Source: Deltaproteobacteria bacterium (GTDB lineage Bacteria; Myxococcota_A; UBA796). Taken from it: DNA of 40,850 nt. The position numbers and the translations under genes were made by a program. Where the stretch lies: NCBI GenBank assembly GCA_002683315.1, contig NYTD01000068.1:1-40850 (forward strand), written 5' to 3'. Position 1 is the first letter of the stretch. Every line of letters starts with the position of its first letter. Below are positions 9,237 through 18,566 of this stretch, piece after piece. The notes below the pieces were generated by a model that saw nothing but the letters and a program-made list of their open reading frames with translations, was not told the DNA's origin and searched no databases.

Positions 9237-9785
9237 TTATGAATTATTGATGGTGGTATCAAATAAGCGAGACAATTCATGAATAAGGAGGTCTAGATCT
9301 TTGGTTCCATCTATGATTATGGTATCTGAAGGACGATATTTTCTAATAAGGTGTTCATATATCTCAAAAGAATAGTTTTGAGATAAACTCTTTTGCGTAG
9401 ATAAGGGTTTTTGAGATTGACGGCACGTGCGTACTTCAGGTGGTACGTGTATTTCAATATTATATCCAATATCGGAGACATTCAATCCCAAAGCCAGTGT
9501 TCCTTCTATGATTAAGTGATAGCCATCTTTTTGAGCTTTGGATATTTGTTTATGGAGAAAAGGGGCCATAATCTTTGATTTTTGTGCAGCTGTGGATAGG
9601 CATGATAATCCACTTAGACCTTGTACGCCCAATTGACGCAAGACAACTTTTATGATGTCTGTGTGGATGAGCAAACAGTTGGATTTTTTTTGAATCTCTG
9701 ATGTTAATGCTGTTGCCAGTGTGGTTTTACCACATCCAGGATGACCATTGATGACAAGAATCATGTCTTTCCATATTTCATACAA
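9237..9785 (-). CDS. P-loop small-molecule kinase (2-phosphoglycerate kinase / AAA_33-like)
   Basis: Walker A GHPGCGKTT, followed by IHTDIIKVVLR and LIIEG. Confidence 0.75.
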   Translation of the reverse strand: MYEIWKDMILVINGHPGCGKTTLATALTSEIQKKSNCLLIHTDIIKVVLRQLGVQGLSGLSCLSTAAQKSKIMAPFLHKQISKAQKDGYHLIIEGTLALGLNVSDIGYNIEIHVPPEVRTCRQSQKPLSTQKSLSQNYSFEIYEHLIRKYRPSDTIIIDGTKDLDLLIHELSRLFDTTINNS

Positions 9786-9928
9786 TCTCAGACTTTATAT
9801 CTAACAACTTTTTCAATATTGATCGATAGGCCTTACTTGTTTGGAAGTCAGAGAACATGTAATGGAACAAGCATCACGATTATTTTCCGATAATGCAAAG
9901 ATCACCATAGGATAGGATTCTGGCTTCT

Positions 9929-10135
9929 TCATGTTTCATTGCAGATAGACAAGTGCATATGTAGGTCATAATTATTAGGATGAAAACCTTCGGGCCAAAT
10001 CGTCTTTTCATCATAAATAGAATTTTGTATGGCAGCATGATTAAGAGATGATTCTCTTAGATCAGATCCTGCAAAATCCACATTTTTGATCGTTGAACGT
10101 ACAAAAATCACCGCATTTTTTATACGCAAAACCAT
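9929..10135 (-). CDS. Short pentapeptide-repeat protein or C-terminal remnant of one
   Basis: AVIFV/RSTIK/NVDFA/GSDLR/ESSLN/HAAIQ periodicity, then the YDEKTIWPEGF capping motif. AGGA upstream; an in-frame stop lies just before the ATG. Confidence 0.5.
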   Translation of the reverse strand: MVLRIKNAVIFVRSTIKNVDFAGSDLRESSLNHAAIQNSIYDEKTIWPEGFHPNNYDLHMHLSICNET

Positions 10136-10167
10136 TTGTTATCTTCCTACTGATTGCGAATGGTAGA

Positions 10168-11322
10168 CTACGAATCCCAGACTTTGATCAAAGTACTCAG
10201 TTCACCATTATTATAGGCTATGGCGTGAAAGGGGCTATGAATTCCGGTAGCATGAAATGGTGTACCCAGATGCTGCCCTTCGTCCAGAATCTGGGTGTCG
10301 AATATGTCTCGTGCGACGAGCTGACGGAGTGTTGCGGATTTTTGATGGAGATAAAAGAATCTTTGATGGCGTTGGTGTGTTTGACCGATGAGTTGATGGG
10401 CTTTGAATTCGTGAAAGAATTTTTCTTTACCAATACTCTCCAATGCCGGGCGAGGAATTTGGTCTCGGCTTTTGCCTGATAGGAGGAGACTTTTATTATG
10501 CCATGTCATTCCCATCCAGCAGTGTAAATAACTTCTATACTCTCCCACACAGGTAAGGCTTTGATCAAAGAGGAGAATCCCTGTGCTGGGATTGCGAACA
10601 CCAAGAGGCTGCCATGCAATGGCAAGATGTCCTTGATTTGATCGTGCATGCGTGGTGTAGATACCCCCTTTTTTGGGTGAGGAGTACTGAAGTTTGATCT
10701 CTCCTGTCTGTGAATGTAATCCGATGATACTGATGGCTGAATGTGCGCCTGGAAACGAAAATGCACCCACACAAAAGACTCCATCTGTGTTGGAAAAAAA
10801 TCGAGGTGGGATCTTTTTCGGATTACAATAATTTTCTTGTAAGACAACGGAAGGGCATGGTGTCTTCCATACAACCGCTCCACTTGGATCAAATTGAGCG
10901 AAGTGAAAAGCATGATGTTCACGTGTCTTTTCGACATATAGTGCTGTAATTGAACCTGGGAATGAAGAGTAGAGCGCCCATACTTCCTTTTTAGAGATAT
11001 CTCCTTTGTGGGACCATAGTAGCTTTCCATCATGAGATAAGGCAAGAATCATTGGTGCAGAATGAGTTCGCTGAGCATTGTTGTATCGAAGTCCTCCCAG
11101 GTACACACCGTTTTCATCACAAGAGAAGGTCTGCACGTGAAAGGGGAGTTTTATATGCCATGTTGGGTTGGTGACGATACACGTTAAAATATGGATGGAG
11201 CCATGCTCTATGAGCAGATAGCTCTTTTCAGCAATGCTGTGTACACCCAAAATGGTTCCTTCGTGAGGTATGGAGATTGTTTCGTAACGCATGATCAAGA
11301 CAAACGTGAAAGAGGATCTCAA
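10168..11322 (-). CDS. Hypothetical protein, probable beta-propeller (PQQ/WD-like blades)
   Basis: ALSHDGKLLWS, QFDPSGAVVWK and GLHSQTGEIK are blade-like motifs. The TTG start overlaps the stop of the upstream cereblon-like gene. Confidence 0.6.
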   Translation of the reverse strand: MRSSFTFVLIMRYETISIPHEGTILGVHSIAEKSYLLIEHGSIHILTCIVTNPTWHIKLPFHVQTFSCDENGVYLGGLRYNNAQRTHSAPMILALSHDGKLLWSHKGDISKKEVWALYSSFPGSITALYVEKTREHHAFHFAQFDPSGAVVWKTPCPSVVLQENYCNPKKIPPRFFSNTDGVFCVGAFSFPGAHSAISIIGLHSQTGEIKLQYSSPKKGGIYTTHARSNQGHLAIAWQPLGVRNPSTGILLFDQSLTCVGEYRSYLHCWMGMTWHNKSLLLSGKSRDQIPRPALESIGKEKFFHEFKAHQLIGQTHQRHQRFFYLHQKSATLRQLVARDIFDTQILDEGQHLGTPFHATGIHSPFHAIAYNNGELSTLIKVWDS

Positions 11323-11756
11323 TCCTCCTTAACCGATCCTCTGCGAAGTCCGAAAAATACGATCGTTTCTTCTTGATAGGGTTGGTACGACCATCCCAAA
11401 TGATGACCGCATTGTGCACACAGACAAAAGCGCCATTTATATCCAGGAAACCATGAATCTGCAGGAACAGGCTGACCTGTAATGATCACCTGAAAGGCAC
11501 TTCTAACCGTGAAAATTTCATGAATATACCCATTTGGATTGATATGCATGCTTTCGACAGGAATATCTCCAACCGTAATCTCATCTCCAACGTGTGCAAT
11601 CGCATTAGAGCATGCGCGACATCGATACATCTTTTTTTCAGGATTTCCTGTTTCTTCTTTGGATGTGTTTTTTTGATGGATGGGTTTGGAAGGTCTTTTT
11701 CGAAGCAGATACAATGGGAAGCAGGGTGAATGATATGATGAAAATTGAGGGTTCAT
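11319..11756 (-). CDS. Bacterial cereblon-family (CULT / thalidomide-binding domain) protein
   Basis: CRAC...CAQC zinc ligands, INPNG, SWFPGYKW, HLGWSY and FFGL. Start chosen at the ATG (11756) that overlaps the crcB stop. Confidence 0.9.
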   Translation of the reverse strand: MNPQFSSYHSPCFPLYLLRKRPSKPIHQKNTSKEETGNPEKKMYRCRACSNAIAHVGDEITVGDIPVESMHINPNGYIHEIFTVRSAFQVIITGQPVPADSWFPGYKWRFCLCAQCGHHLGWSYQPYQEETIVFFGLRRGSVKED

Positions 11757-12130
11757 GAAACATCCAACAATCGCTGTGCCAATGTCATACCGATGAGCGT
11801 AAGGATTGCACCTGATATGATCTGGACAAAAAAGTATACCGCTGCCATCTTCCACTGATCGCGAAGTACAAATTGGAGCGTCTCAAATGAAAATGTCGAA
11901 AATGTGGTCAGTGCACCCAAAAATCCAGTGGATATAACAAGTTTCCACTCCGGAGTTATTTTGCTCGAGAGATAGGTTCCCAATAACCCCAACAAAAAGC
12001 ATCCGATTGCATTCGCACATAGTGTTCCAAAAGGAAATCCTTCTTGCTTATTGAGTGATGACGAGATCAAAAAACGACAGACAGCACCGAAGGCACCACC
12101 AATTCCAACATATATAATGGAGGTGATCAT
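11753..12130 (-). CDS. crcB: Fluoride efflux channel CrcB/Fluc
   Basis: GGAFGAVCRF, FPFGTLCANAIGCFLLG and TGFLGALTTFSTFSFE motifs; 125 aa with 4 TM segments. Confidence 0.95.
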   Translation of the reverse strand: MITSIIYVGIGGAFGAVCRFLISSSLNKQEGFPFGTLCANAIGCFLLGLLGTYLSSKITPEWKLVISTGFLGALTTFSTFSFETLQFVLRDQWKMAAVYFFVQIISGAILTLIGMTLAQRLLDVS

Positions 12131-12669
12131 CTGTGTGCGTTAACCTCAAACAGTAATGCAAGTGCAGTATCGCACCACATCTCCTCTGTAACCTGATTTT
12201 TTCCGGCACATAAAACACAAAGGGTATAGGCCAAAAATGCCGAGAGTAATTTTTTGTTTGGACACATGCGAGGAAGATTTGATTCGCAGTGTTGGATCAG
12301 TCTTTGAGAAGACAATGTAGAAGAGTTGTTGGAAATATCTTGAAATCGTTTGGATACCTGCTGTGTGTATACACGTGTATCTTCTATATATGGACCAAAG
12401 AAGAGCAAAAGTTTAGGTGCATGCACCATGATATCGCTCCATGATAACTGTCCTTTTTGAGATGCACATCGAGAGAAACCTTGGGAAAGCATTACAAGTA
12501 ACAGTTTTTTTTGTACGAAAGACAAAGGGTGATGCGTACAAAACTGATCGACAAGAATATGAAGATCTTTCTTTGTAATGAAGCCACATCCTCGGATGTC
12601 CAACGAAGCAAAAAAGACCGCAAGAGGACCAGGTGGTGGATGGAATTGATTTTCTAAAAGTGTTGACAT
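12127..12669 (-). CDS. Hypothetical protein with degenerate EF-hand-like motifs
   Basis: FASLDIRGCGFITKKDL resembles an EF-hand loop, with weaker echoes downstream. ATGA overlap with crcB. Confidence 0.55.
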   Translation of the reverse strand: MSTLLENQFHPPPGPLAVFFASLDIRGCGFITKKDLHILVDQFCTHHPLSFVQKKLLLVMLSQGFSRCASQKGQLSWSDIMVHAPKLLLFFGPYIEDTRVYTQQVSKRFQDISNNSSTLSSQRLIQHCESNLPRMCPNKKLLSAFLAYTLCVLCAGKNQVTEEMWCDTALALLFEVNAHR

Positions 12670-12729
12670 GACAATACTTTACATGAAAATTATCCATACT
12701 GTATGAAAAAAATAAAAATATTTTGGAAT

Positions 12730-13968
12730 CTATTCTGTCGCTGTGTCTTCTTGTGGATCTTCAACAGGTTCTTCGGCAGGCTCATCTTGATCTTCTGGAA
12801 GTGTTTCTTCAACCTCAGGCTGGGGAAGTGTAGGGGTTCCTGTCTTCATAAATTCCACAGCGCGTTGTGCGAGATCAAAGTCTCGATTCAAGAACACATG
12901 GCCACTTATATTTTGATCTTCAATCCATAAATCCGTAGCCTCTATTTCTTCTATGGTTTCTTCAAGTGCTTCTTTGGGCATCTTGCTGTCTCCATTGGAC
13001 CATAGTATGGCAATGCGATCGGGGTAGGTCACCCGGTTCCATGAAAAAAGAGATAAATCGGACAGTGGGTATCCTTCTTCACCAACAAAAACACGAGAGA
13101 TGGTTCCCGACTCGAGTGGAAATGCTTCAGCATCGTCGAGGTATGGTTGAAGATTGAGAGGAGAGCTATCGAATATGACAGATTTTGGAGGATTTGCTTG
13201 AACGCTTTCTAATTCAAGCAGACCAATGATTGCTCTACCCCCTTCACCCAATCCAATCCAGTGTTGTTCTTGAGCATTGATGGCCTGTGGAAAATCCAAT
13301 CCAAATTCTTCTGCATAGGCTGGATCAGAGATGGCTTTTAGCGTATGCTGTACCATCACTCTTCCATATCGTGTAAATGCACCAAATGGAGGAGGTTCCT
13401 CTGTTGATTCTTCTTGCACGCTTGTATCTTCTTCAGAGGAAGAATCATCTTGAGAATTCGAATCGTCTTGAGACATGAGTGCAATATGTTCAAAGTTGGG
13501 AAAGACATCTGGATCGGAATGCCAGTAATCTCCCCAACAATTTCCGGGATAGATCTGCACAAACCCACCATTGGTGAGTGCTGTTGGAAGATATCCTTGG
13601 TTTTGTTCGTATAGATCTTGTGGGGTTTTGGATAATCCGAGAGTTTCCCACAATTTATTTTCTACCCATGCGGCACTCAGGCGATCGGGTAGTTGGATAT
13701 TGCTTTGTTCGAAATCAGAGATGAAGGCAACAGGGTTGGAATGAAATACGATAGCGACGGGCAAGGGATCTTCTGATTGGGGATATACCACAAATATTGG
13801 AGCGGCTTGGCCATCGGGACAAGATAGATTGCTCTCTAATATCGACACAAAAGCAGGAGTGTCATTCAAAGAAGGATTTTCAAAAGGAATTTTTGCGATA
13901 TCCACTTGTGGAAGTTGTTCAAATTCTTTCCAACATCCCATAAATGAGGTCAAATAAATGAGTGTCAT
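12730..13968 (-). CDS. Acidic lipoprotein with alpha/beta-hydrolase-like fold, probably lacking the nucleophile
   Basis: GGAGAAGG RBS before the ATG at 13968; signal MTLIYLTSFMGC. Motifs PLPVAIVFH, WIGLGEGG elbow, ILWSNGD and SGHVF. Confidence 0.65.
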   Translation of the reverse strand: MTLIYLTSFMGCWKEFEQLPQVDIAKIPFENPSLNDTPAFVSILESNLSCPDGQAAPIFVVYPQSEDPLPVAIVFHSNPVAFISDFEQSNIQLPDRLSAAWVENKLWETLGLSKTPQDLYEQNQGYLPTALTNGGFVQIYPGNCWGDYWHSDPDVFPNFEHIALMSQDDSNSQDDSSSEEDTSVQEESTEEPPPFGAFTRYGRVMVQHTLKAISDPAYAEEFGLDFPQAINAQEQHWIGLGEGGRAIIGLLELESVQANPPKSVIFDSSPLNLQPYLDDAEAFPLESGTISRVFVGEEGYPLSDLSLFSWNRVTYPDRIAILWSNGDSKMPKEALEETIEEIEATDLWIEDQNISGHVFLNRDFDLAQRAVEFMKTGTPTLPQPEVEETLPEDQDEPAEEPVEDPQEDTATE

Positions 13969-14192
13969 ACCTTCTCCAGAGTTGAGTTTTGTATCAAGTA
14001 TAATAAAAAACAATGATACAAAGAGGATTTTGAATGTTTTTTTGTGTTTTTATGGGCCGAAAAGAAAACACCCAAGTACGGTACATATAAACATTGAAAA
14101 TATTTTGTAACCATTTGTATAGTTTTTGGACAAACGCATATATACAGATACATTTTTAGTGTAACATGTTGAAAAAAGTATTTGGAGTGACA

Positions 14193-14678
14193 ATGCGTTG
14201 GTTTCTGGTCGATACAATAGATCAGCTTATTTTGGGTGATTTTGCAGTAGGCACAAAGACCTATGCAGATACAGAACCCTTTTTTCAAGATCACTTTCCA
14301 AATTTTCCAGTGGTTCCCGGTGTTCTTATCATGGAGTCTTTGGCTCAGATATCGGGAAAGCTTATTGGGTATACGGTTCGTACAGATCGTGGAGACTGGC
14401 CTTTTCCCATCCTGAGTATGATGAATCGAGTCAAATTTCGAAAATTCATCCCTCCCAACACCTGCATCACGTTGGAAACAAAGATCAAAGTTCTCAAAGA
14501 TGAAAGCGCGCTTGTTGATGTCCGAGCTAAGGTAGCAGGAAAAGTTCATGCGCAAGCAGAGCAGCTTTTTGTGTTCAATTCGGTGCCATTGGAAGAAGGT
14601 GAGAGTGAAAGATTGGAAGAACTAGAAAGAACCGAACTTCTTCGACTTTGGAAAGATTGTCCGGAGCATCACTCATGA
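14193..14678 (+). CDS. fabZ: FabZ-type 3-hydroxyacyl-ACP dehydratase
   Basis: FFQDHFPNFPVVPGVLIMESLAQ and VKFRKFIPP. GGAG RBS before MRWFLVD (alternative start 14166). Confidence 0.9.
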   Translation: MRWFLVDTIDQLILGDFAVGTKTYADTEPFFQDHFPNFPVVPGVLIMESLAQISGKLIGYTVRTDRGDWPFPILSMMNRVKFRKFIPPNTCITLETKIKVLKDESALVDVRAKVAGKVHAQAEQLFVFNSVPLEEGESERLEELERTELLRLWKDCPEHHS

Positions 14679-15889
14679 GAGATGTCGTCATCACAGGAAT
14701 AGGAATGGTAACTCCATTGGGACTCAATGTTTCTCAAACATGGAACTCTTTAATAGAGGGAAAAAATGGGATTCATCGAATTCAACGATTCGATCCAGCG
14801 GGCTATCCAGTACGATTTGCAGCTGAAGTTCCAGATTTTGCATTGGAAGATATTTCTGTCTCTCCTCTTGCTACAAAGATCCTTCAGCAACTCAAAGGAA
14901 AATTTACATATCGTGCTGTACGAGAGGCTATACAGATGTCTGGAATCACGACAAAGAGTACTCGTGTTGGTATTTGTGTAGGTTCAGAAGCGGCTCGTCC
15001 TTCTCTTGATCATCTTGCTGAACAATTAAATGTACAAGCACCTCCTGATCTTGATGAAATGCGTTCAATGGCTCCATCAGCACCGATCGATCTGATAGAA
15101 GAAGTGTCGGGTGCTCTGGGTGGCTCTTCCGTAATATCAACAGCATGTACTTCTTCTTCTCAAGCTGTAGGAGAAGGATTATATCGGATTCGTAGAGGGG
15201 AAGTCGATGCGATGATTGTGGGAGGAGTCGATGTTCTCGTTGATCCGCTTATGGTTATGGGATTCTCTTTGCTCGGTGCTCTTTCCACAAGAAATGAAGC
15301 GCCAGAAAATGCGTCTCGTCCTTTTGATCTTGAACGAGATGGATTTGTTCTTGGAGAGGGTGCAGGTTTTCTTATTCTTGAAGAACAAGAAATGGCGAAA
15401 TTACGAGGTGCCGATATTTTAGGAAAACTCAGTGGTTTTGGCTGTTCTTCGAATGCATATCGAATCACAGACTCTCCACCAGATGGTCGCGGTGCAGCAC
15501 AATCTATGATGGCTGCTTTGCGTGACGCTCGACTTACTCCAGAACAAATTGGATATATCAATGCACATGGTACATCCACCAAAATGAATGATACGTCAGA
15601 GACGCGCGGCATTATAAAGGCAATTGGAAAAGATACACCAGTGAGTAGTACAAAGTCTATGATGGGACACCTGGTTGCAGCATGTGGTGCAGTGGAAACG
15701 ATTGTGTCATTACAGGCCATACGAAATGGAGTACTTCCTCCCACTCGTAATCTTGAATCTATAGATCCCGATTGCTCTTTACATCATATTCCTCATCATG
15801 CTCGTGAAGTCAAGATCGATCATGCTATCTCCAATGCCTTCGGTTTTGGAGGCTCTAATGGCACTGTAGTGGTATCCAAGTGGCAATAG
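14675..15889 (+). CDS. Beta-ketoacyl-ACP synthase (FabF/KAS II-like), catalytically intact
   Basis: VVITGIG, STACTSS, RPFDLERDGFVLGEG, INAHGTST, KSMMGH and SNAFGFGG. ATGA overlap with fabZ. Confidence 0.93.
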   Translation: MRDVVITGIGMVTPLGLNVSQTWNSLIEGKNGIHRIQRFDPAGYPVRFAAEVPDFALEDISVSPLATKILQQLKGKFTYRAVREAIQMSGITTKSTRVGICVGSEAARPSLDHLAEQLNVQAPPDLDEMRSMAPSAPIDLIEEVSGALGGSSVISTACTSSSQAVGEGLYRIRRGEVDAMIVGGVDVLVDPLMVMGFSLLGALSTRNEAPENASRPFDLERDGFVLGEGAGFLILEEQEMAKLRGADILGKLSGFGCSSNAYRITDSPPDGRGAAQSMMAALRDARLTPEQIGYINAHGTSTKMNDTSETRGIIKAIGKDTPVSSTKSMMGHLVAACGAVETIVSLQAIRNGVLPPTRNLESIDPDCSLHHIPHHAREVKIDHAISNAFGFGGSNGTVVVSKWQ

Positions 15890-16740
15890 TCCTTCATAAG
15901 ATTGGCTTGGCAACTCCTCTTGGACATGATTGTGATGACTTTGTTAACAAAATTGAACACCAAACATCGGTGATCACATCTTTAGAGCCTCTCGCTTTGT
16001 TAGCATGTCCACAAGGGTCAATGGTTCAAGATCTTTCCATCCGTTCAATTATCAAGAAACGAAAAGAGATAAAACTCTACACTCGAGCCGCAAAACTGGC
16101 TCTTTTGGCTGCCTATAGATGTGTTGGGCAGATAAGCAAACTTGATACTGCTCTTTTTGTCGCGGTAGGAAGAGAGCCCCCTGATGAAGGCTCTGCAGAG
16201 AAGTGTCTTATTGCTTCGCAGAGAGATGGTATTTTTGATGAATCTTTGTTGGCAGATAAGGGACGATCACTGTATCCACCATTACTACCCTTGAGAACTC
16301 TTCCCAATATGATTTTGGCTCATATATCCATTCAATTGGAAATTATGGGAGAGAATGCATGTTGGGCTGGAGGAGAAGAGACAGGGATTCAGGCTTTTCA
16401 ATCTGGTTTTTGGGCCATAAAAGAAGGGCGATGTACACAGGCTTTGGTTGGAGCAGCCGATAGCTTTATCTCTTTGGGAGCAGCACGAGATCTTCATCGC
16501 ACCCAAATCATACCACCATCAGAAGCAGGGGTATTCTTTCTGCTGAAAGAAAAAGAGACACCAGAAATAGGAGATATTGTTGTGCGTCCCAATCAAAAAG
16601 AGCATGAGATGCGCCATTATCTATTGGATTGTATTGGCTATGCAGGAGCTGCACAACAACTCCTAGAACTAGTTTTTTCTTTGCATACACAGGAAAATAT
16701 TTCTTGGGGAGGTCTTTCTTTTCAAAAGCAGTTACAATAA
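15880..16740 (+). CDS. Truncated non-catalytic ketosynthase partner (chain-length-factor-like)
   Basis: KS N-terminal half (PPLLPLRTLPN, ALVGAADS, PSEAGVFFLL). The Cys position is occupied by Glu (GENACWAGGEETG versus GGSSVISTACTSS). No HGT motif. Confidence 0.75.
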   Translation: MAIVLHKIGLATPLGHDCDDFVNKIEHQTSVITSLEPLALLACPQGSMVQDLSIRSIIKKRKEIKLYTRAAKLALLAAYRCVGQISKLDTALFVAVGREPPDEGSAEKCLIASQRDGIFDESLLADKGRSLYPPLLPLRTLPNMILAHISIQLEIMGENACWAGGEETGIQAFQSGFWAIKEGRCTQALVGAADSFISLGAARDLHRTQIIPPSEAGVFFLLKEKETPEIGDIVVRPNQKEHEMRHYLLDCIGYAGAAQQLLELVFSLHTQENISWGGLSFQKQLQ

Positions 16741-16760
16741 TTGACGCTATTGGTTGGTGT

Positions 16761-18566
16761 ATGTCAAAGAAACGGCGATTTCAGTTTTTGAAAATGATTG
16801 CTACAGGAGGCTTTGGAGAGGTATATCTCTGCAAAGAGATCAATACCAATGGTATTGATCGCCTTGTAGCAGTAAAAGTGCTTAAGTCAGATTGGGTTGA
16901 CAATATTGATGTTGTCAATCGGTTGCGCGACGAAGCCAAGCTACTGGCTCTCCTCCGTCACAAAAATATCATTAATGTGTTTGATCTGACATCCATCAAT
17001 GGTCGAGCATCTATTGTGATGGAGTATATCGAAGGTGCGGATATGTCTATCATCATCGAAACGATGCGCTCCAATCGAAGACGGACTCCAATTTCTGTTT
17101 CTTTACAGGTGTGTGCAAAGGTAGCCGCTGCGTTGGATGCTGCATATAACCAATCCCCATTCCCCGGAGAAGCATCATTAAAGGTTGTTCATCGCGATAT
17201 AAAACCAGGAAATATCATGATCGACAAAGAAGGTATGATCAAAGTTCTTGATTTTGGTGTTGCCTACTCAATGTTTGAACAGCGTGTTTCCAATACTACA
17301 GAAATTCGATTTGGCTCTCTAGAGTATATGGCTCCAGAACGCTTGTTGTTTGAGCCAGAAACTCCTGCCTCGGATATCTATGCCCTCGCACTGGTTCTAT
17401 ACGAAAGTATTACAGGAGAGCCTTTTGGAGAAGCATCGAAGCAAGATGACGAGCATGAAGCCCTAATAAAAAATCGACTGCATCATCTTGAGAGTGTAAT
17501 TCATCTCCCAATCGCACAAGAACAAGAATTGATCTCGTTGCTTCGTACGACACTTGCGTACGAGCCAGATGATCGTTGTTCTCCTCTTGAGTTTTATCAA
17601 AGAGCGCGCGCCTTATCTCGCATGATACAAGGGGCGGATCTAATTCCATGGGCAGAGAAAGCGATCCCTATTATTCGTAAGGCACAGCCGCAGATTGTAG
17701 ATGGTGATGCTGGGTTGTTTCTTGGAAATATATTTGAAGAGGATACACTGACAGATGATACTCGTCTTCCTGCACCGATGGGTGATGATGAAACAGAAGT
17801 CCGGATTGTTTCCGAAGAAGAGCCTCGTGCACTCGTTTCATTTGTTGAAGTACAACCTCTTCCAGAAGAAGAGGAGCAGGGAACAGAGATTTTTGTGGCA
17901 GTGGAACGCACAGAGTTTGAGCGAGGAAACCCTTCTTATTTTCAAGGAGACTCGACAATGTCGATCCTTGGAAAAGCTGACGAAGAATATGTAGATAAAG
18001 ATGATGAAACAGAAGTAAGAGGATTTTCTTCGGAAGAACGTTTTCCAGAAGAAGAGTCTGTCGTCAGTGTTGTTGTTCAGCCTGTGCCATTCTCAGAACC
18101 AAAAACACAAGTCTATCGTTCTTGGTGGATGATCCTTTTTTTTGGTACTCTGTTTGGTATATCTATTGCGGGAGGGTTCTTTTTTCGAGAGGATTTATCG
18201 ATTTTGGTGAAGCTAGCTGCAGAAAATATTTTTGAAGAGGAGTCCAAAGATTCCCAACCAGAAAGTGTCGATACGCAAGACTCTACAGAAATTCCCAAAG
18301 AAAAAGAGATCCCCAATAAAGCGATTGTTTTCTCTGTTCTTGAGGATACAGGAACCCTTAGCGTTCGATGTGATGGGGAACGTAGACGAAACAAGCAAGT
18401 ACATGAAGATGAGATTCGTATATTTTTTGAACAAACATCATTTGACAAGTGCAAAGTACGGTATACCTCTTCCGAAGGAAAAGTAATGAAGAGCACAATA
18501 AAAGATGTAACATCAGGAACTTTTGTATGTTTCGTTGAAAATGGGAAAGAATGTGCGCGAGAATGA
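16761..18566 (+). CDS. Hanks-type Ser/Thr protein kinase with acidic linker, one TM helix and small extracytoplasmic domain
   Basis: IATGGFGEVY, VAVKVLK, HRDIKPGN, DFG, YMAPE and SDIYALA. TM segment WWMILFFGTLFGISIAGGFFF. Start taken at MSKKRRF. Confidence 0.93.
   Translation: MSKKRRFQFLKMIATGGFGEVYLCKEINTNGIDRLVAVKVLKSDWVDNIDVVNRLRDEAKLLALLRHKNIINVFDLTSINGRASIVMEYIEGADMSIIIETMRSNRRRTPISVSLQVCAKVAAALDAAYNQSPFPGEASLKVVHRDIKPGNIMIDKEGMIKVLDFGVAYSMFEQRVSNTTEIRFGSLEYMAPERLLFEPETPASDIYALALVLYESITGEPFGEASKQDDEHEALIKNRLHHLESVIHLPIAQEQELISLLRTTLAYEPDDRCSPLEFYQRARALSRMIQGADLIPWAEKAIPIIRKAQPQIVDGDAGLFLGNIFEEDTLTDDTRLPAPMGDDETEVRIVSEEEPRALVSFVEVQPLPEEEEQGTEIFVAVERTEFERGNPSYFQGDSTMSILGKADEEYVDKDDETEVRGFSSEERFPEEESVVSVVVQPVPFSEPKTQVYRSWWMILFFGTLFGISIAGGFFFREDLSILVKLAAENIFEEESKDSQPESVDTQDSTEIPKEKEIPNKAIVFSVLEDTGTLSVRCDGERRRNKQVHEDEIRIFFEQTSFDKCKVRYTSSEGKVMKSTIKDVTSGTFVCFVENGKECARE

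Noticed and set aside
11757-11855. Extended N-termini from the ORF track (cereblon 11855, kinase 16629, FGE 35006, lipoprotein 14013)
   Set aside because: They overlap neighbouring genes or lack an RBS. Downstream starts with an RBS, a stop/start overlap or a short intergenic gap fit better.
13965-15744. Long antisense ORFs (13965-14555, 15160-15744) and similar shadow ORFs across the window
   Set aside because: They lie opposite or within genes with strong motifs and have no recognisable features of their own.
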